64,000 nt of DNA from the NCBI GenBank assembly GCA_964016885.1, contig OZ024741.1, positions 136,462,001 to 136,526,000 of the forward strand, read 5' to 3'. The stretch's first letter is position 1, and every line of letters starts with the position of its first letter. This document shows positions 24,741 through 41,417 of the stretch, piece by piece. The translations under genes were made by a program, and so were the position numbers. Origin of the DNA: Eledone cirrhosa (taxonomy: Eukaryota). Under the pieces are notes generated by a model. It saw only the letters and a list, made by a program, of their open reading frames with translations. It was not told the origin of the DNA and ran no database searches.

Positions 24741-24748
<8 letters not shown>

Positions 24749-25608
24749 GAATAATCGAGTATCGAAAAATCGGCGCACGAGTTCACGATAAACAAAATTC
24801 GATATGAGCGGCAGAGGGCTCAATAATTTAGATAAATCAGAGCTATAACTATTGTTAAAATACCGTCACACATAGAACAAGTCTATAATCAACCATACAA
24901 CCGAAAAATTGCGATCTGGAAGATTCGGGACACTCAGATAAAATATCAATAAATCAATAAATCAAATGAATGTAAAAAGCATACCCGGACCCGCTAGAAA
25001 GATGGTAAATCTAGCTTCTTGGGTTTCTGTAAATCCTTAAACTGTCCTCTATCAGCTCACATAAAAATATATAAGACTTCTAGGTGCCAGCGGACGGGAG
25101 TTTACTTCCTCAACGAGCTTTGTCCAAACGAATGAAAAGGCATAACCCAGGCTAAATACGCACATGGAATTCAGCAAGGGAGATAACCTCTATATCCGCG
25201 AAAAATATTCGGGAAAATGTGGAAATACACATATCAAATAAGAGTGCTCAATAGACATGTTAAAATAAACAGGAGCTATTCGTCATTTAATAGAATCGAC
25301 AAAAAATGAACAATAAAATTAACTGGTCAATAGCTAGGTCTAGAGCTAAATATAGTAGAATAATCGAGTATCGAAAAATCGGCGCACGAGTTCACGATAA
25401 ACAAAATTCGATATGAGCGGCAGAGGGCTCAATAATTTAGATAAATCAGAGCTATAACTATCGTTAAAATACCGTCACACATAGAACAAGTCTATAATCA
25501 ACCATACAACCGAAAAATTGCGATCTGGAAGATTCGGGACACTCAGATAAAATATCAATAAATCAATAAATCAAATGAATGTAAAAAGCATACCCGGACC
25601 CGCTAGAA

Positions 25609-25612
<4 letters not shown>
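24741..25612. mobile_element. 872-bp non-coding element with 263-bp near-identical direct terminal repeats
   Basis: 24741-25003 versus 25350-25612 differ at one position by eye. Both ends merge into (TA)n and there are no TG..CA termini. Confidence 0.8.
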
Positions 25613-25648
<36 letters not shown>

Positions 25649-25811
25649 GCAAATGGTCTATAATTATATTATTCTTATTCATTCAATCGGAATTTTATAC
25701 ATTAAATATATGCCTGCCTCTCCCGCATTGGCCTTGACAGTATAGCATGTCTGCGGTCAACGTGGGCCGCCCGTTTCTTAATCTTCTTCGTTCGTGAAGC
25801 CAAGCTATGAA

Positions 25812-26735
<924 letters not shown>

Positions 26736-27818
26736 ATCTGAACTCTCAGCAACATACGCAGCCTCCAACATATGTCAAAGCAAATAAATTCATAATCTCT
26801 TCACGCCGACGTTTTATTTTTCTTAGTGAAACACTTGCTTATAAATTTGTTTAGCGAATCTTTCCTGAGACATTCTCAGCACATGCTCTAATATCAGAGA
26901 TGTGATCTCTCAATCCCAAGAAGTAGTGGCTCTACCTAGCACAGAATAACTCTCTGGTCTCCAAGCTACGCACTCTATCGAGTAACGTTACTTCAAAACC
27001 CTTCGGAGGAGCCGCTGTTCACAAAATAATTCTTACTTCATTCTATAGTCTCAATCAATTTTAATTAATTCAAATTTCCGGATTGATCTCGTTTGCTATT
27101 CTTGACCAAAGTTAGTCATTAAAATAACTATTGTTACTTTGTTTGTTTCTTTTTCACTTTGTGTGTGATTTTAATTAATTGAAGTTTTTTGATCCGATAC
27201 ATTAAATATACCAGCGCCAAATTTAGGGGACATTATTTTAATTATGGTTATTTTTCATAATTCCATATTCAAATTTCGATTCTTGAACTTTAACATCAAA
27301 ATTGATTATAATTTGAGATTTAAGCAAATGGTTATTGCTAAGACATTGAATAGTTATAATTATAGATATTTCACGACAAAAGGAACGGGTGTCCGTATGA
27401 TGAAATTATTAGGCTGGTATGAATGTAACTGAAAGAGCCTGCTTGGTTTCCCACGTGTATTTAATACGGTAATGAATATTTGAAACATACAAATTTCTCG
27501 CAGCTTCGGATAAAAAGCGTGACGTTCGTACATGAATATATATATATTATATATATTATATATATATATTATGTACATTATTTATGAATTCATTCTTGAT
27601 TTCTCGAAATTATCTCCCCTTTTCTTTGGGAATCTTTAACAGTCGTTTTCCAGGTCCCATAAAGAGAAGTTTTAAAAATCAGGAATATATCGGTATGTTG
27701 TACACGACTTGCAGTTTTAAACTATCAAAATTCTTGCCATTAGCTCCCTTGAACTATATCTCTTAGCTAATTAATTTTACAAACATGCACATATATATAT
27801 TTATATACACACACACAC

Positions 27819-27867
<49 letters not shown>

Positions 27868-28004
27868 ATGTATGTGTATATATACAGACAGGTGTATATA
27901 TAGATATGTATTTAATATTTATCTATATATATTTATATATAGAGAGAGAGAGGAGAGAGAGAGAGAAATTATTAGAAAACATGCAAAACACAAAGTCTTA
28001 TTAG

Positions 28005-28061
<57 letters not shown>

Positions 28062-29377
28062 AGTATATCTATTTATTTTATATGTATATATATAATGGTA
28101 GAATTAATAGCTATAGCTAAGATTGGATTGATAAATACTATTTATCGCCATTGATATGTGTATAATGCTTAGGCTATGCTTCATTGTCTTTATTTTTGAA
28201 GTATTTTACTGATATGATAACTATATGAGTGATGGTTTAAAATTACGAAGAGGGGCGTCTATTAACTTATTTAATGTTGAACCGATCATAACTTTTAATG
28301 GCTTTGGAAACGTCTCGAGAGTGAGACATTAAGTTGATTTTAAATATGTGGTGATGCGGTTATGGTTGAGTTTTGCGACTTCCAATGGATAATACCTCAT
28401 TTAACTCTTAACAAACATCCTCTAATCATTTAGCAAAAAATATCGAAAATTCAAATACTTATAATACCTTTACTAGTGGATAGATGGTCTAGAAAATTTG
28501 AAGTATTAAATATTATAGTATTTAGTATGATACATTTATAGCACTGTTTTGAACTAAATGTTTATAATATCTTTACTGGTGAAAGTTTGCTGTATTGGAA
28601 TGACTGCTTTAATATTTAATGAGATGCAGTCATAGTACTTCAGGACGTTAAAATTTCCGATTTATTTAAATATCTAATATTCAATGTTTCTTCTTGGTTA
28701 TGCTTGAGAAAATGAAATGTGTTGACTATACTTTGGAAAAATTGTTTCAATTGGCAATGGTGTTAGTAAGGCACTTTATCGTAACGATTAGAAATTCTGA
28801 AGAATTATCATTCCTCGAAAGTCTAATATAAGTTTTAATCCTCTGATACAAATTTTCCCCAAAATTTTCGAACGGTCCTCTCTCCTTTTAGAAAATATAT
28901 TTCATCTGCACCCCAGTAGTTACAGCGCCTCCACTCACCCGTAAATTTTATTTTTTTTAAATATATTGAAAATTAAATTTTAATCATTCTTTTTGTTTAG
29001 GCATATATTCATAATTAGTAGACAGTTTTATGAGCTAGTACTAATTTTTATTCTGTCCTATTGTTCCCTAACCACACTTTCCAACAACCTTCAACTATCA
29101 TCTTACCTTCCAGTGCCTCATCTTGTGTTTCTCAACAACCTCCAATATGCCTGACGCGTCTAAGTTGATAATCAGTGCTCCCATATACGCAATATTCCAA
29201 TTGATGGCACGTGAAGAAGCTAAAATCTAAACCAATAACTCAGACAAATTAATACATTTTTACAGACTAAGTCACATGACGCTAGGGTATACAAATAGTT
29301 GAAAATGGCGCTGCTTAATAGACTTTCTTTGGTTAAATATGGACTTGTGACTGTATGTATATATATAAAATAAATAA

Positions 29378-29471
<94 letters not shown>

Positions 29472-29665
29472 GTGTGTGTGTGTGTGTACACTTGCCAGTG
29501 CCTGTGTACTATGGTGACGTGTATATACGATGAATGATAAAGTGTATTGGGGAAAACTTATGCATGTGTCTCAGTATTTATCTTCTTTTGTCTTTCATTA
29601 ATGGATACTAGATTACATATGACTTGCGATAGGTTTGTTTATATAAAATATTCAATAAAAAGAAA

Positions 29666-30140
<475 letters not shown>

Positions 30141-30472
30141 GAAAATGATAAAAAGAGGGATTTGAAAAGAGCACCTGGTATATATATATATTCATATATA
30201 TATATATATAAAGGATCTTTACAAGATATACAAAAATTGATGTTTAGCAAAGCCTGCTTTCTCTGTATTGGATTATCAAAACATCTGATTATCCAATACG
30301 TAGAAAGTCGGTTAAAACATTTATTTTTAACATCAAGATCTTTTATATATACCAGGTGCGCTTACCAAACCCGTTTTTTTAGCCTTTTGCTTTTATAACG
30401 TGATCTGTATAAAACGTTTTCTTGCGTCCATACTTTTTTCAATATAAATATATATATGTATATATATGTATA

Positions 30473-30523
<51 letters not shown>

Positions 30524-30738
30524 GCAGATCGATAGATAGACGTTGGGTGCGTGATTCGAAACAGAAAAATATTTGTTTGCGGTTGTTAGTAATTGTGGTA
30601 AATATGATGTGGATATTGCGGTGACTTTAGGAGTCACACCGATGATGACGTACAAGTCACGTTCGTTAGTTTAGTGTTACACTAATACGTGCAGAGTTTT
30701 AGCAAAACTCTTAAGCATGCTCCACAACCTTTTTGTAG

Positions 30739-31264
30739 GCGCAGTGGCAGGCATTGTATCGTCCGTAAAAGGACGAGAACACAAAGCACAACCTATAAAA
30801 CAACAACAAGCAAAACCACAGCATCAACACCAACAACAACAACAACAACAACAACTACCATATCACCATCACCATCAACAACTTCTACCACAAGTACATC
30901 AACATCAACAGCAGACTCCCTCCAGTAGCAGTCACGAACAGGTGGTGTGTTCTGGGAGTGGCGGTCAGAAATCTGTTGTTGACAGCAAGTCCAAAACGAT
31001 GGACACCAGCAGAGTGTCCCAGTTGGGACAGGCCCGCCAGCCTATAAAGTCCGAACATTTATTGGATTCTCCACATGTCCATCACCCTCCAGGTCCGTCC
31101 CCTCTGGATTCCAGCGGAACATCCTACACGCCCAAGTCATCATCAAGTGCCGGGCCAATGAACAAGTATGTCGGCGGCTTAGATTTCGAGATCCATCATT
31201 ACCAAGACAAAGGCAACATTCAATCGCTAAATGATATAGACGTTCGACTGGAAAACATTAATCA
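30739..31264 (+). CDS. Coding exon of the host gene, Q/H-rich, ending in the first half of a coiled coil
   Basis: Acceptor ccacaacctttttgtag| (phase 1; an alternative ttttag at 30702 is also in phase) and donor ca|gtaagt (phase 2). Open frame GAVAGIVSSVKGR...polyQ/H...SLNDIDVRLENINQ. Confidence 0.8.
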
Positions 31265-31608
31265 GTAAGTAGGCCTTTCTTTAATGTTATTGTTGTTGTT
31301 ATTGTTGTGATTATTATCATTATTGTTGTTTTTATTATTATTTGTACTTCTCTGTGTTCATTCTTATATGTAAAACTATGTCACTTCATTGTTAAATATT
31401 CTGTAAGCATGCTGGTGTAATTGACATATATATATATACTGGTTTCAGTCATTAAACAATGGTTATGCTATGGTACCACTTTGATTTAGTCGATAATAGC
31501 GAACCCAGTACCACGTGACTGCGAAGCAAATTCCTTGACTACACTGATGTTTCCATTTGTTATTTAGTAAGATTTATTAAGAGACACTGAATTATTAACT
31601 TGTCACAG

Positions 31609-31965
<357 letters not shown>

Positions 31966-34900
31966 TATATATATATATTACAGCACAATGATGACTGAAA
32001 CCAGTAAAAGAAAAATATGTGTATGTATGGATCCTCATGTGCATGATATTTCTATTATATAAAAACATATGGTTATATAAATATTATGTGTAAAATTATA
32101 TTTATATTATGATATCAATTTTTATTTAATGTATAGTTCTTTTATTTGGTTAAATCATGTAGTGTTATATTCATTGTATGTTAGACTAAAAGATAGAAAG
32201 CAATAGAAAGACTTAAGGAAACTTGATTACTTAATCCGATCAGACAAACTCTCTCTCTATCTATCTATCTAGCTATATCTTTCTCTCTCTCTTTCTCCCT
32301 CTCTCTCTCTCCTTATTTATTTTGTCTGGGTTCCAGAGATGTTTAAATGATAAAATTGGTAGATTACCGGACTAAATGTTTCATATTATTTCATTTTATT
32401 CGTCTTTATAGTAGAATGATGAAATAAGAAATTGACCTCGGAGCTATTCGAATTCAAATTGCAAAGTATTTGTCTGACGATTCTGTCAATTGATCGACGT
32501 TTTAGTTAATATTTTTTTAAATATAAAAATAATTATATTCCAGTAGAAATATTTTACTTGTTAATTCGAATATACGGAAAATAATTGGAACTTTTCTGTT
32601 GCCATGTAGGAGGTTGTATATGAGAAATAACTAAGGGCATTACGAAATGTGAAGTATTAGTGTTAGGGTAGGGACTTGAATTCTCATCTGTTGTTATTCT
32701 GCTTGTTTGCTCTGTATGTTTTCTCCTTCATTTAGTAACAATACGCATGAATTCACACAATCAAAATCACATAAGTGTTGAATTATTGTAGTCTTTCTTC
32801 TTGTATATTAATAATCTGCTAATATTTACTTCAATCTGATAGGATTATTTCACGTTTGTGGGAAGGTGGATTGGCAGAATCGGGAAATCGTCGGACAGCA
32901 CGCTTTGCGGCGTAGAGTTACGTACCTTTACGTTCTAATTTCAAATCCCATCGAGGTAGTTTTGCTTTTGTCAATAAAATATAGCACGAGTAACACACTG
33001 GGATCGATTTAATCGATTTTACCCTTCCCCCAAACCATTATTTCAAGTTTGTATCTTTAATAGTTGAAGGCACTTGCAACTCAACCACTAAGCAAGTGGT
33101 TGAGTTACTAGTGCTCACGATCGTAAGGTCATCAGTTCGATTTCCGAAGCAAGCGGCACACTAGTTCGTTCAGCTATTGAAAATAGGTTCCAAACTCACT
33201 GGTGCCAAGTTAAATCAACCTTTGCTTTTCACTTGTACGGCTTATATAGTATATAGTGTTTATAGGGTCTTTCTCTTGGACAACAGCTTATATAATATAC
33301 TGTATATATAGTGTATATATGAACTGCTACGACATTAGTGCCAAGCTGTATCGGCAGCCACCTTTCCCTTAGACAACTTCGGTGTTATGGAGAAGGAAGA
33401 CTTGCATACATAAGTGATTGTTGATCTTCTGCACAAGCTTGTGTCTTAGAGAGGCAAACTCATGACCGGTTAATCCTGGGCACAAAATCCATGGCCGATC
33501 ATGACCGAAGGAGCCCCTTTTTTTTCTTTCATAACTCATTTGATATCAAACTGTCTGGGACCACCTCTCTTCTATGATATAAAGCTGTCTATTCTAAAAT
33601 ATTGATATATCAATGAAATACTTCCAGCATCATTATATGTAAAAAGCAAAATGTTATATTATGTCTCAGACAGTAGATTCATAAGAATTTCTAATTTAAA
33701 CACAAGGCCAGCAATTTGAAAGACGGATACACCGGCGACCCAAATCCCTCTTTCTACGTTATTTCATCGAACTCGAAACGATAAAAGACAAAGTTGACCG
33801 GATCCGGATTTAAACACAGAACGTAAAGAGCCGGAACAAGCAGTGCTGTGCATTTGTTCAACGTTCTAATGACTCTGCTAACCACCACCCTCAGAAACCA
33901 GATTTATAATGAAAATCGTTAATATTTTGCTAACCACCTCTCAATGCTGTATTATTTTCAAAAATTAATTAAAACCTAGACAGTGTTTTTCATTAGAAAT
34001 CTAGTCTCTACGGGGTTAAACAAAGACTAATATTTAAGTTAATTCTTATTTTTATGTCCATAAAAATTTATAATTGTAGCAAATATTTCCTTTGTTAAAA
34101 CATTTCTCAATAATTATTGTCTCAAGTAAACATATTTTGATTTTAATCAGAAATTTATGTCATTTATAAAATATTTTGTAACTTTTGAAATTACATGTTT
34201 TTTTTTAATCTCTTGATGAAGTGTTCTTCGTCAGTTTTGACGATGATCATTCAACTGTTTAATCAACTGAATTTCCAATTAACGGGTAAGTGGTTGAGTA
34301 TTCCACAGAGATGTGAACCTTTAATGTAATTCTCAAGCCGTATCAATGCAACACTATGTGACAAGACTGGAAACTTGAATTACAGGTATTACAGGTATAG
34401 TCCATCAGACTTAGTTTTCATTTGGTTTTTATTTACGTAACTTCACTCACAAAGCTTGGGTTGAGAGGTGAAACTAGGCTAAAAAAGCTTACGCGGGATA
34501 TCATGCAAGGGGATCAAACCTGTAAGCTCCATGGCTGCAAACAGAATTTCTTAACCACTAGTTCATATCTGTGTTCACTCTAATAATCGTAAAAGCCATA
34601 TGAATAGTCACTCTACATTAATTTAGCATCCCTGCTCACTACTGTCGCAGCGGAGCTGGCTACTCACAAGTATTTTCAGAATATTTCCTGATACGTTCGA
34701 TAATGTAATATCAGATATCCCAAACGATAGATGGTCATGGTTGGAATACCTTTGATCATATGTCTGCTGAATCAGGTCTAAGCTGGAGCTTAGCAACAGT
34801 AATAACAACATTTGTTTTAGATTTGTATTGAAAAGATGACTTTCGTGAAATATTGGATTTCAGAAATTCATAAGTTTGGTAAACCTGCTGTAATTTCCAT

Positions 34901-37194
34901 TATTCTTTGTGCAATTCCATAATTTGATAAAATTATTTTGACAGATTTGAAGAATTTTGTCATTTTTTTAAACCCGTTTCAATATCGATAAGGAGAAAGA
35001 AACATATTGAAAATTCGATCGATTTTCGATGTTTCAATTCGATACTTGCATCAAATTTGGATTATCATGGTTTTCTTTTTGTTTAATTCTAAAACGATCT
35101 CTCTTCAATTGAAATTTAAAATTGCCAAGTTAAGAATTGCAAGGACGACTCCTTTAATTTAACAGATTGGAATTAATGTCATGTACTGGAATTGATTTGC
35201 GATACTTCGATTCTACCTAATTCCCTCTGTTATTGATTCTCTGTGTGCTTCTATTTTGATATATTAATGGCACGTGTTATAAAGTGACTGAGACTGGTAA
35301 ACTGCTGATGCAATTCAACTTAATTGTCTTCATTTAAATCTTTATCCATTGTATTAGTAAGCTTTCTTTTCAACTAACATTCTTAGTGGAATCGTTTCTC
35401 TCGTCCGTCTCTTCGCCTTTTAACTAAGAGTAACAATACGCCAGCTGTCAAGAAAAGACCGGTAACCAGTAATCACTCACAAGATATCCAATTCAGTTAA
35501 TCTTAGCTAGAGATTCTCGTGTTAATTTCCAGATTTTAAGATTTCGAGTAGCTCATTTGGATAAACAACCTATACACATAATCTGGATATTCTTAGTTTA
35601 TTACTTGCAACATAAATCAATGATAGAGGAGGTCAGTGTCGTTTGTAAGGAACATACTAGAGCAGTAGTTCACAGAATCCTAGTTCATATTCATCCTTTT
35701 ACGATCCCAGATTTTTTCAATTCCTTCCACATTTTGAATTGTCATCTAGTAGATTTTCCCCCGTGCACCACATTAACCTAAGCAAGGTATTCAAACCTCA
35801 ATAATTCTATATTAAAGTGGTTCTAAGAGACTCAGCTCACATTCCTCTCCTAAAAGTTCCTGATTTCAAGTTCTCTCCATTTTGAATTGCCATCTAGTAA
35901 TATTTCGTCCAAGAACCATATTAAAAGGCCAAATTTAGTCTTACAGATGACCGTACTTAATCTTTTAGAAGACTACTTGTAATCTTAATGCCACAGGATA
36001 ACCCCCACCCCCACTCCTGAACTAAGTTCATTACTTATTAGAAGGCTATAAAAATAGTGGATGCAATAAAATGAACCATTTTAACAGGGTAGCTGCAAAT
36101 CAATTTCATACAAGGATTATCAAGGAAGGAAGAGTTTTTTTTTTTTTTACTTTCTTGAGTTGTCGGGGGGGGGGGGGCTCTCAGACAATATACCACGGTA
36201 TTTTTTTCCGGTTCATTGTGTTCAAATCTCATTAAGGTTAATTATATTTTCGAAGTCGATAAATAAAGTACTAATCTAGACGACAGACTAGCAGAAGTTT
36301 TAAAGAAACGTCATCAGAAATAGAGAAAACAGAACTGTGTGTTGATAAAAATAGGGAAAAGATTAAATGGTCTCTTCAGAAAGAAGCACAAAGCACAATG
36401 TTCAAAGACAAACCTTCTTCATATTGGAATATATTTTGTTGATTTCATTTTATTTAATGTCTATCTTTTCAGCTAATTATGACTCGTAGAAAAAACCTTG
36501 TAGAAACTCGCTTGTATTTCTTTCTATCTATTCGTAATTATAGTTTGTAAAATAATAAGTGAGGTTTAACGATACATTTTTTAATGTGACCTTATTGAAT
36601 GTCAGTTAATTTCAATGCAACCTTCTGTCATGAAAACATTCCCAACTCCTGATTTAACTCATACAAAAATGACCTGATCGATTAATTCTGATGAATATCT
36701 GTTGAGTTAATGATTTCAATAAGATGAAGGAATATTTCAAAAATTATTAAAGAGAGGAAAACATATATTACGTAGCTTTAATCTCTTGTAGGTAAGTGAT
36801 AAAAATATATAGCATTGATGTTTATTGGCTGTGTTTGAAAATAATGTAAGAATTAATGATATCACGTACTACTACTGATATGCATCTTTTAGATTTTCGA
36901 ATGTGTTTGGGGCATAAAGTATGAACACAGTTAATAGTTGTAAAAGTATTTTTTTAAATGCAGCTCAGATAGTATTTGTAACCGAAGAAAAACCCTGCAG
37001 CTGTGTGCAGTGGCTTCTATGTTTTGCAATACTATTCAAATGTTTGCTTCGTCTATTTCCTGCCAAAGCTGGATAGAATTATACATGGCTTGTTATTTTT
37101 TGGGGTTTTGTTTTGGATTTAGGTTGTTTTTTCGTTTTGCAAAGTTCTTTATGTGAATATGTGTGATGAAGCAGATATTTATGGATTTTGAGGA

Positions 37195-37426
37195 GGGTCA
37201 TGCTGCCAATCAAAACACACGCATCTAATAAGCTCACTCCAGTTTTCAGTTTTATTATTTATCATTTCATTAATCAACTAATTAGGTAGGTGATTATGAC
37301 AAAAGGCCATTGACAATTAATCAGCTTGTTAATTAATTAACTGACTGGTGGATTAATTATCTCATTAATAATAAAACTGAAGTGAAACTCAACGACAGTG
37401 TGTGTTTTGAATGGCAACATAACTTT
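37195..37426. mobile_element. MITE-like element with imperfect TIRs
   Basis: tgctgccaatcaaaacacac ... gtgtgttttgaatggcaaca, with inner arms ttcagttttattatt / aataataaaactgaa. Confidence 0.65.
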
Positions 37427-40207
37427 TATAAATGGCGTTAAGTCTAGAATAACTTATAATCAATCTTTCTGCGAGAATGTTTTAACAAGATACACAGCAG
37501 AAGTCTTAATCTGTGATATTTCACATTTAGAATTATTACCTGGGAATACTTTCTATAAATGTTAAGCTTCTCAGTCGAAAGCAGTGACTGTAAAAATGTA
37601 CTGTTGGAATATTTATAGTACACATCTATTTTCTTTAATATATTCTTGTAGATGAAGCTTGGGCAAATGGGTTCGATCCCACTGTGTGACATCTTGAACA
37701 GATGCCATTTACCATTTACTTCGACTTGACTCAAACTTGTGAGAGAAATTGGTTGAACGGAAACTGTATGAAAACCCGTCGTGTGCGTATGTGTATGTAT
37801 GTATGTAGTCTTCGTTGTCCAAATTCCTTTCACAATGTATTATTGAAAGGGAGACTATAATAGAAGACTCTTGCCAAAGGTGACGTGACGCGTACCGTAA
37901 TCGAAACTTGTACTGTCCCCATACCTTCTCTCATACCTTCCCTTTCCTTTGAAGTAAAATTCAATACAGGTATATTTTATCCTACCAGATAGAATGATAG
38001 GGGGCGGTTTAGCGGTCTACGGCACATCTTGGGCATTTTAAAACTGTTGAAACTAATCTCATCTCCAGATCTGAACATAACCAATTACTTCCAGAGAAAC
38101 ATTGAGGGAGGGGTGGAGGATGAATCCCAGTACTGGAATCGTATTTCATCAACTTTTAAAACATGTAAGACAAAATTGGCTTCGGCAGGAGTTGAACTCA
38201 GAGCACAGAGAACTGAAATGAATAACGCGAAGCATTCTATTTGACGTTCTAACAACACCGCTGATTCGTTACCTATACTTATTCCATACATGATTAAATG
38301 CTTGTCTTATATTTAATAGCACCTCACCATATTCTAATTCAACAGCCATACTTGCATCCATGACTGTACACAAAAAATAAAATGTAAGACTGGCAGATTT
38401 TAATTATGTTTTATAAGGCGAACTGCAAGAGTCGTGAGAGTGTCGGAGTATTTGTTCCAGCTCACTGTACTCAAATCCAGCTGAGGTCAACTTTCCATTC
38501 CATCTTTTTGTGAACAATAAATAGAATACCAGTCCAGGTGGTGGTAATTTGGGGGACTTGTTAAAGACTCGAATGTGATCTTTTGCAGTATCTGATCCGG
38601 CTGCGTGCGTTCTGAGTTCAAATCCTGCCTTCTGCCAAGAATTGCAACCGACAGATAGTATCAGTAATGGAAAGACCAATGAAAACATTATTTCTATCCT
38701 TTGATCTGGCAACTAGCTCCTTTCTTTTATATATATAAATTGAAGGTATGTTAAATAGATAGTGTCTGCAATGGAAAAACTAATGAAATCATGGTTTCTT
38801 TGGTCCGATCTGACGATTGATTCCTTTCCATTCCTTTATCACGTACTCTCCATCCAGATTATTTTAGTTCCACAGTAATACCTTCGCTCAAGTCTATATA
38901 TACACAAGAAATTAAATATGTTGCAGGTATATTTTAATGAGGGTTTTTCAAGTAGATTCTCCATACAAAATATTGGGCAACATTTCGCTACATTTCACCT
39001 TTCTAATTTCAATTACATCGAGTGTCGAGAGAAAAATACCTAGCCGGAGTGCTCTAGCCTAAGTCCATCCGACTATACTCATATATCTAAGTAGGAAACG
39101 AGTATTTAGTTACTAAGAAGAATTGTAATACTTCTGGGGATAAATACAATAGAGAAATTAAACTAAAACAATCGTTTTAACAACGTATGATTGATTTTCT
39201 TTAGTATAATACATAATCAGATTTAATACATTTCAATATATTTAAAGCGATTAATTCTATTGTTTAAATTATAACTGCGAGATATTCAATAGCGATTTAT
39301 TTACGACAATCTAATTTATTCCGACTTGGTAAATAATATAATGTCTTATAAATAGAGACTGTAAAATAGAATTAATCTATGAATTCAGAATAGACAATTC
39401 ATAATACTGAAGTGAGAATCTTGTGTTCAACTTCGTTACATAAACTGTGAGAATAGTTATGGCAAGGTAGGAGGTGCAGTGGTTAATATGTTGGGCTCAA
39501 GATCGTTAGGTTGTGAATGTGATTGCCGGACCGGACGACACGCTGTGTCATTGTGCAAGATACATCATTACATATTGCACCAGTTCACTCAGCCGGAACA
39601 ATTGAGTTGCGACGACATTAGTGCCAACCTTCATCGACCTTTGTGTTTCCTTTGGACAACATCTTTGACGTGGTGGGGGGATATTGGCACGCACAGTCAA
39701 CTGCTGATCATCCACATAAATACCTAGTCAAGAATTGCGCCTTGGCGAAGAACTTTCTGTGTGCAACCCCGTATTCGGTCCTGATAGTTATTTATAGTTA
39801 AATATTTATCAAATCACTGATAAGTGGCGGGGAGTTCCTATAAAACCGCAAAGCATTCTATCCAACGAATTAACAACTCTGTCAATTCTCTTCCTGATAG
39901 TTATTGTTAAATATATATAAAATCACAGATAAGTGGCTGATTAGATTTATCTCCCAAGTAACCCACGGTGAACTCAGAGCACAAAAGCTCCCGAACAAGT
40001 ACTGTAAAGTATCTTATCTGAGGTTCTCACCATTCTACCAAACCTCGACGGGATCTTTATTTTGAGATGACAGAAGACAGAAACGTTGCAAAAACCCATC
40101 GGATGAACTGAACCTGTTCTTAGACTGTAAACCTAATCCATCCCTCAGTTTAACATTAATTGAGTCCACTTTCTTGGTTAATCGTTTGGTAGACTCTTTA
40201 TTTTTGT

Positions 40208-40430
40208 TTAACTCTTAACATCCTGTACCACATAAAACTGCATTAGCAAGACATTCTCGAAAAGTACAAAACAGCGCTATAACTTCATCCCATTACAACT
40301 TTTAAATATTTTTACTTTAATATCGCATATTTTCACAACGATCTGTCCGCTAGTAAAGATATTATAAACAATTGAATTGATGAACCTATGTTTGGAAATT
40401 ATAGAATAAACATAGAATGTTAAGAGTTAA
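40208..40430. mobile_element. TTAA-flanked MITE (piggyBac-like ends)
   Basis: ttaa-ctcttaacatcctgt ... atagaatgttaagag-ttaa. Confidence 0.65.
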
Positions 40431-41365
40431 TCATTATGTGGTCCACTTTATTGTTTAAAAATTTGGTGAAGTCCAGTTTATTCTTAAATAGCGTCCAATT
40501 TATTGTTTAATCCTTTGATGGAGTACAGTTTGTTGTTTAATCATTTGGTAAGGTCAACTTTGTTACATTTGAAAAAGGTATCTAATTTGAGGATAACCCA
40601 AGTCCTGTGAGTTGTTCTTTTCCCAATAAATCCGGAGGCACCTCTCGAAAAACGGTAATAGGTTGTACCACTCCTCGTCCCACAAAGCCATAAAAAAATT
40701 ACAAAAACATTCAACAGACTTCTTTTAATTCCTACCATGGACCGACCTTTAGAAAAAAAAACGCATTCACCATTAAAAATTGTACCGTGACAATATTATA
40801 GAGCAGAGAGCAGTAACGATCCCGTGATATCTCTTTTGGTAATTGAAGTGAAAGAGAGAATTGATGATCACGGTGTCCAGATAAATGACTTTTCTCTGTC
40901 AGAATTAAATAATTGAAGACTTAACTTAATTAATATCTGAACATAGCGACGTAGAGGGACTTGTACTAATTCAGTGGACATTTCTAATTCATATTAATTA
41001 GCACATTTAGTTAACGATATAATTATGCATTTCAATGGAGATAAAAATCACCTGCTATCATGTTAGGTAGTACTTTAAAGTAATTAAGTGATTAATACAC
41101 GCACAAGTATATATATATATGTGTGTGTGTGTGTATGGATCTATGCATATACATGCACGTATATATATGTGTGTGTGTATAAATATACACACACACACGC
41201 ACACACACACATATATATACTTGCAGTAACACGAAGGCAGCGTTTAAACCTATCAGAAGTGTATAATGAAAGCATATACAATGTGATAGTGTCGCTATCG
41301 AAAAAAAAATTGTTTTCGTAACGAAAAAGTTTTTCTCCATCGCTGATTTTATCAGTAAAGGTTTA

Positions 41366-41417
41366 GAATGCCAAACAGCGCTGTTTCAAATTCGTTAATC
41401 TTTCATCAGTGGCATTC
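41366..41417 (-). ncRNA. Type I hammerhead ribozyme with canonical core
   Basis: gaatgcca CTGATGA a agatt-aacg-aattt GAAA cagcgctg TT tggcattc. Perfect 8-bp stem I and palindromic stem III. Confidence 0.85.

Noticed and set aside
30689-30928. Thr-rich ORF
   Set aside because: Alternative frame of the CAA-repeat exon. The Q-rich frame is the one compatible with the splice phases.
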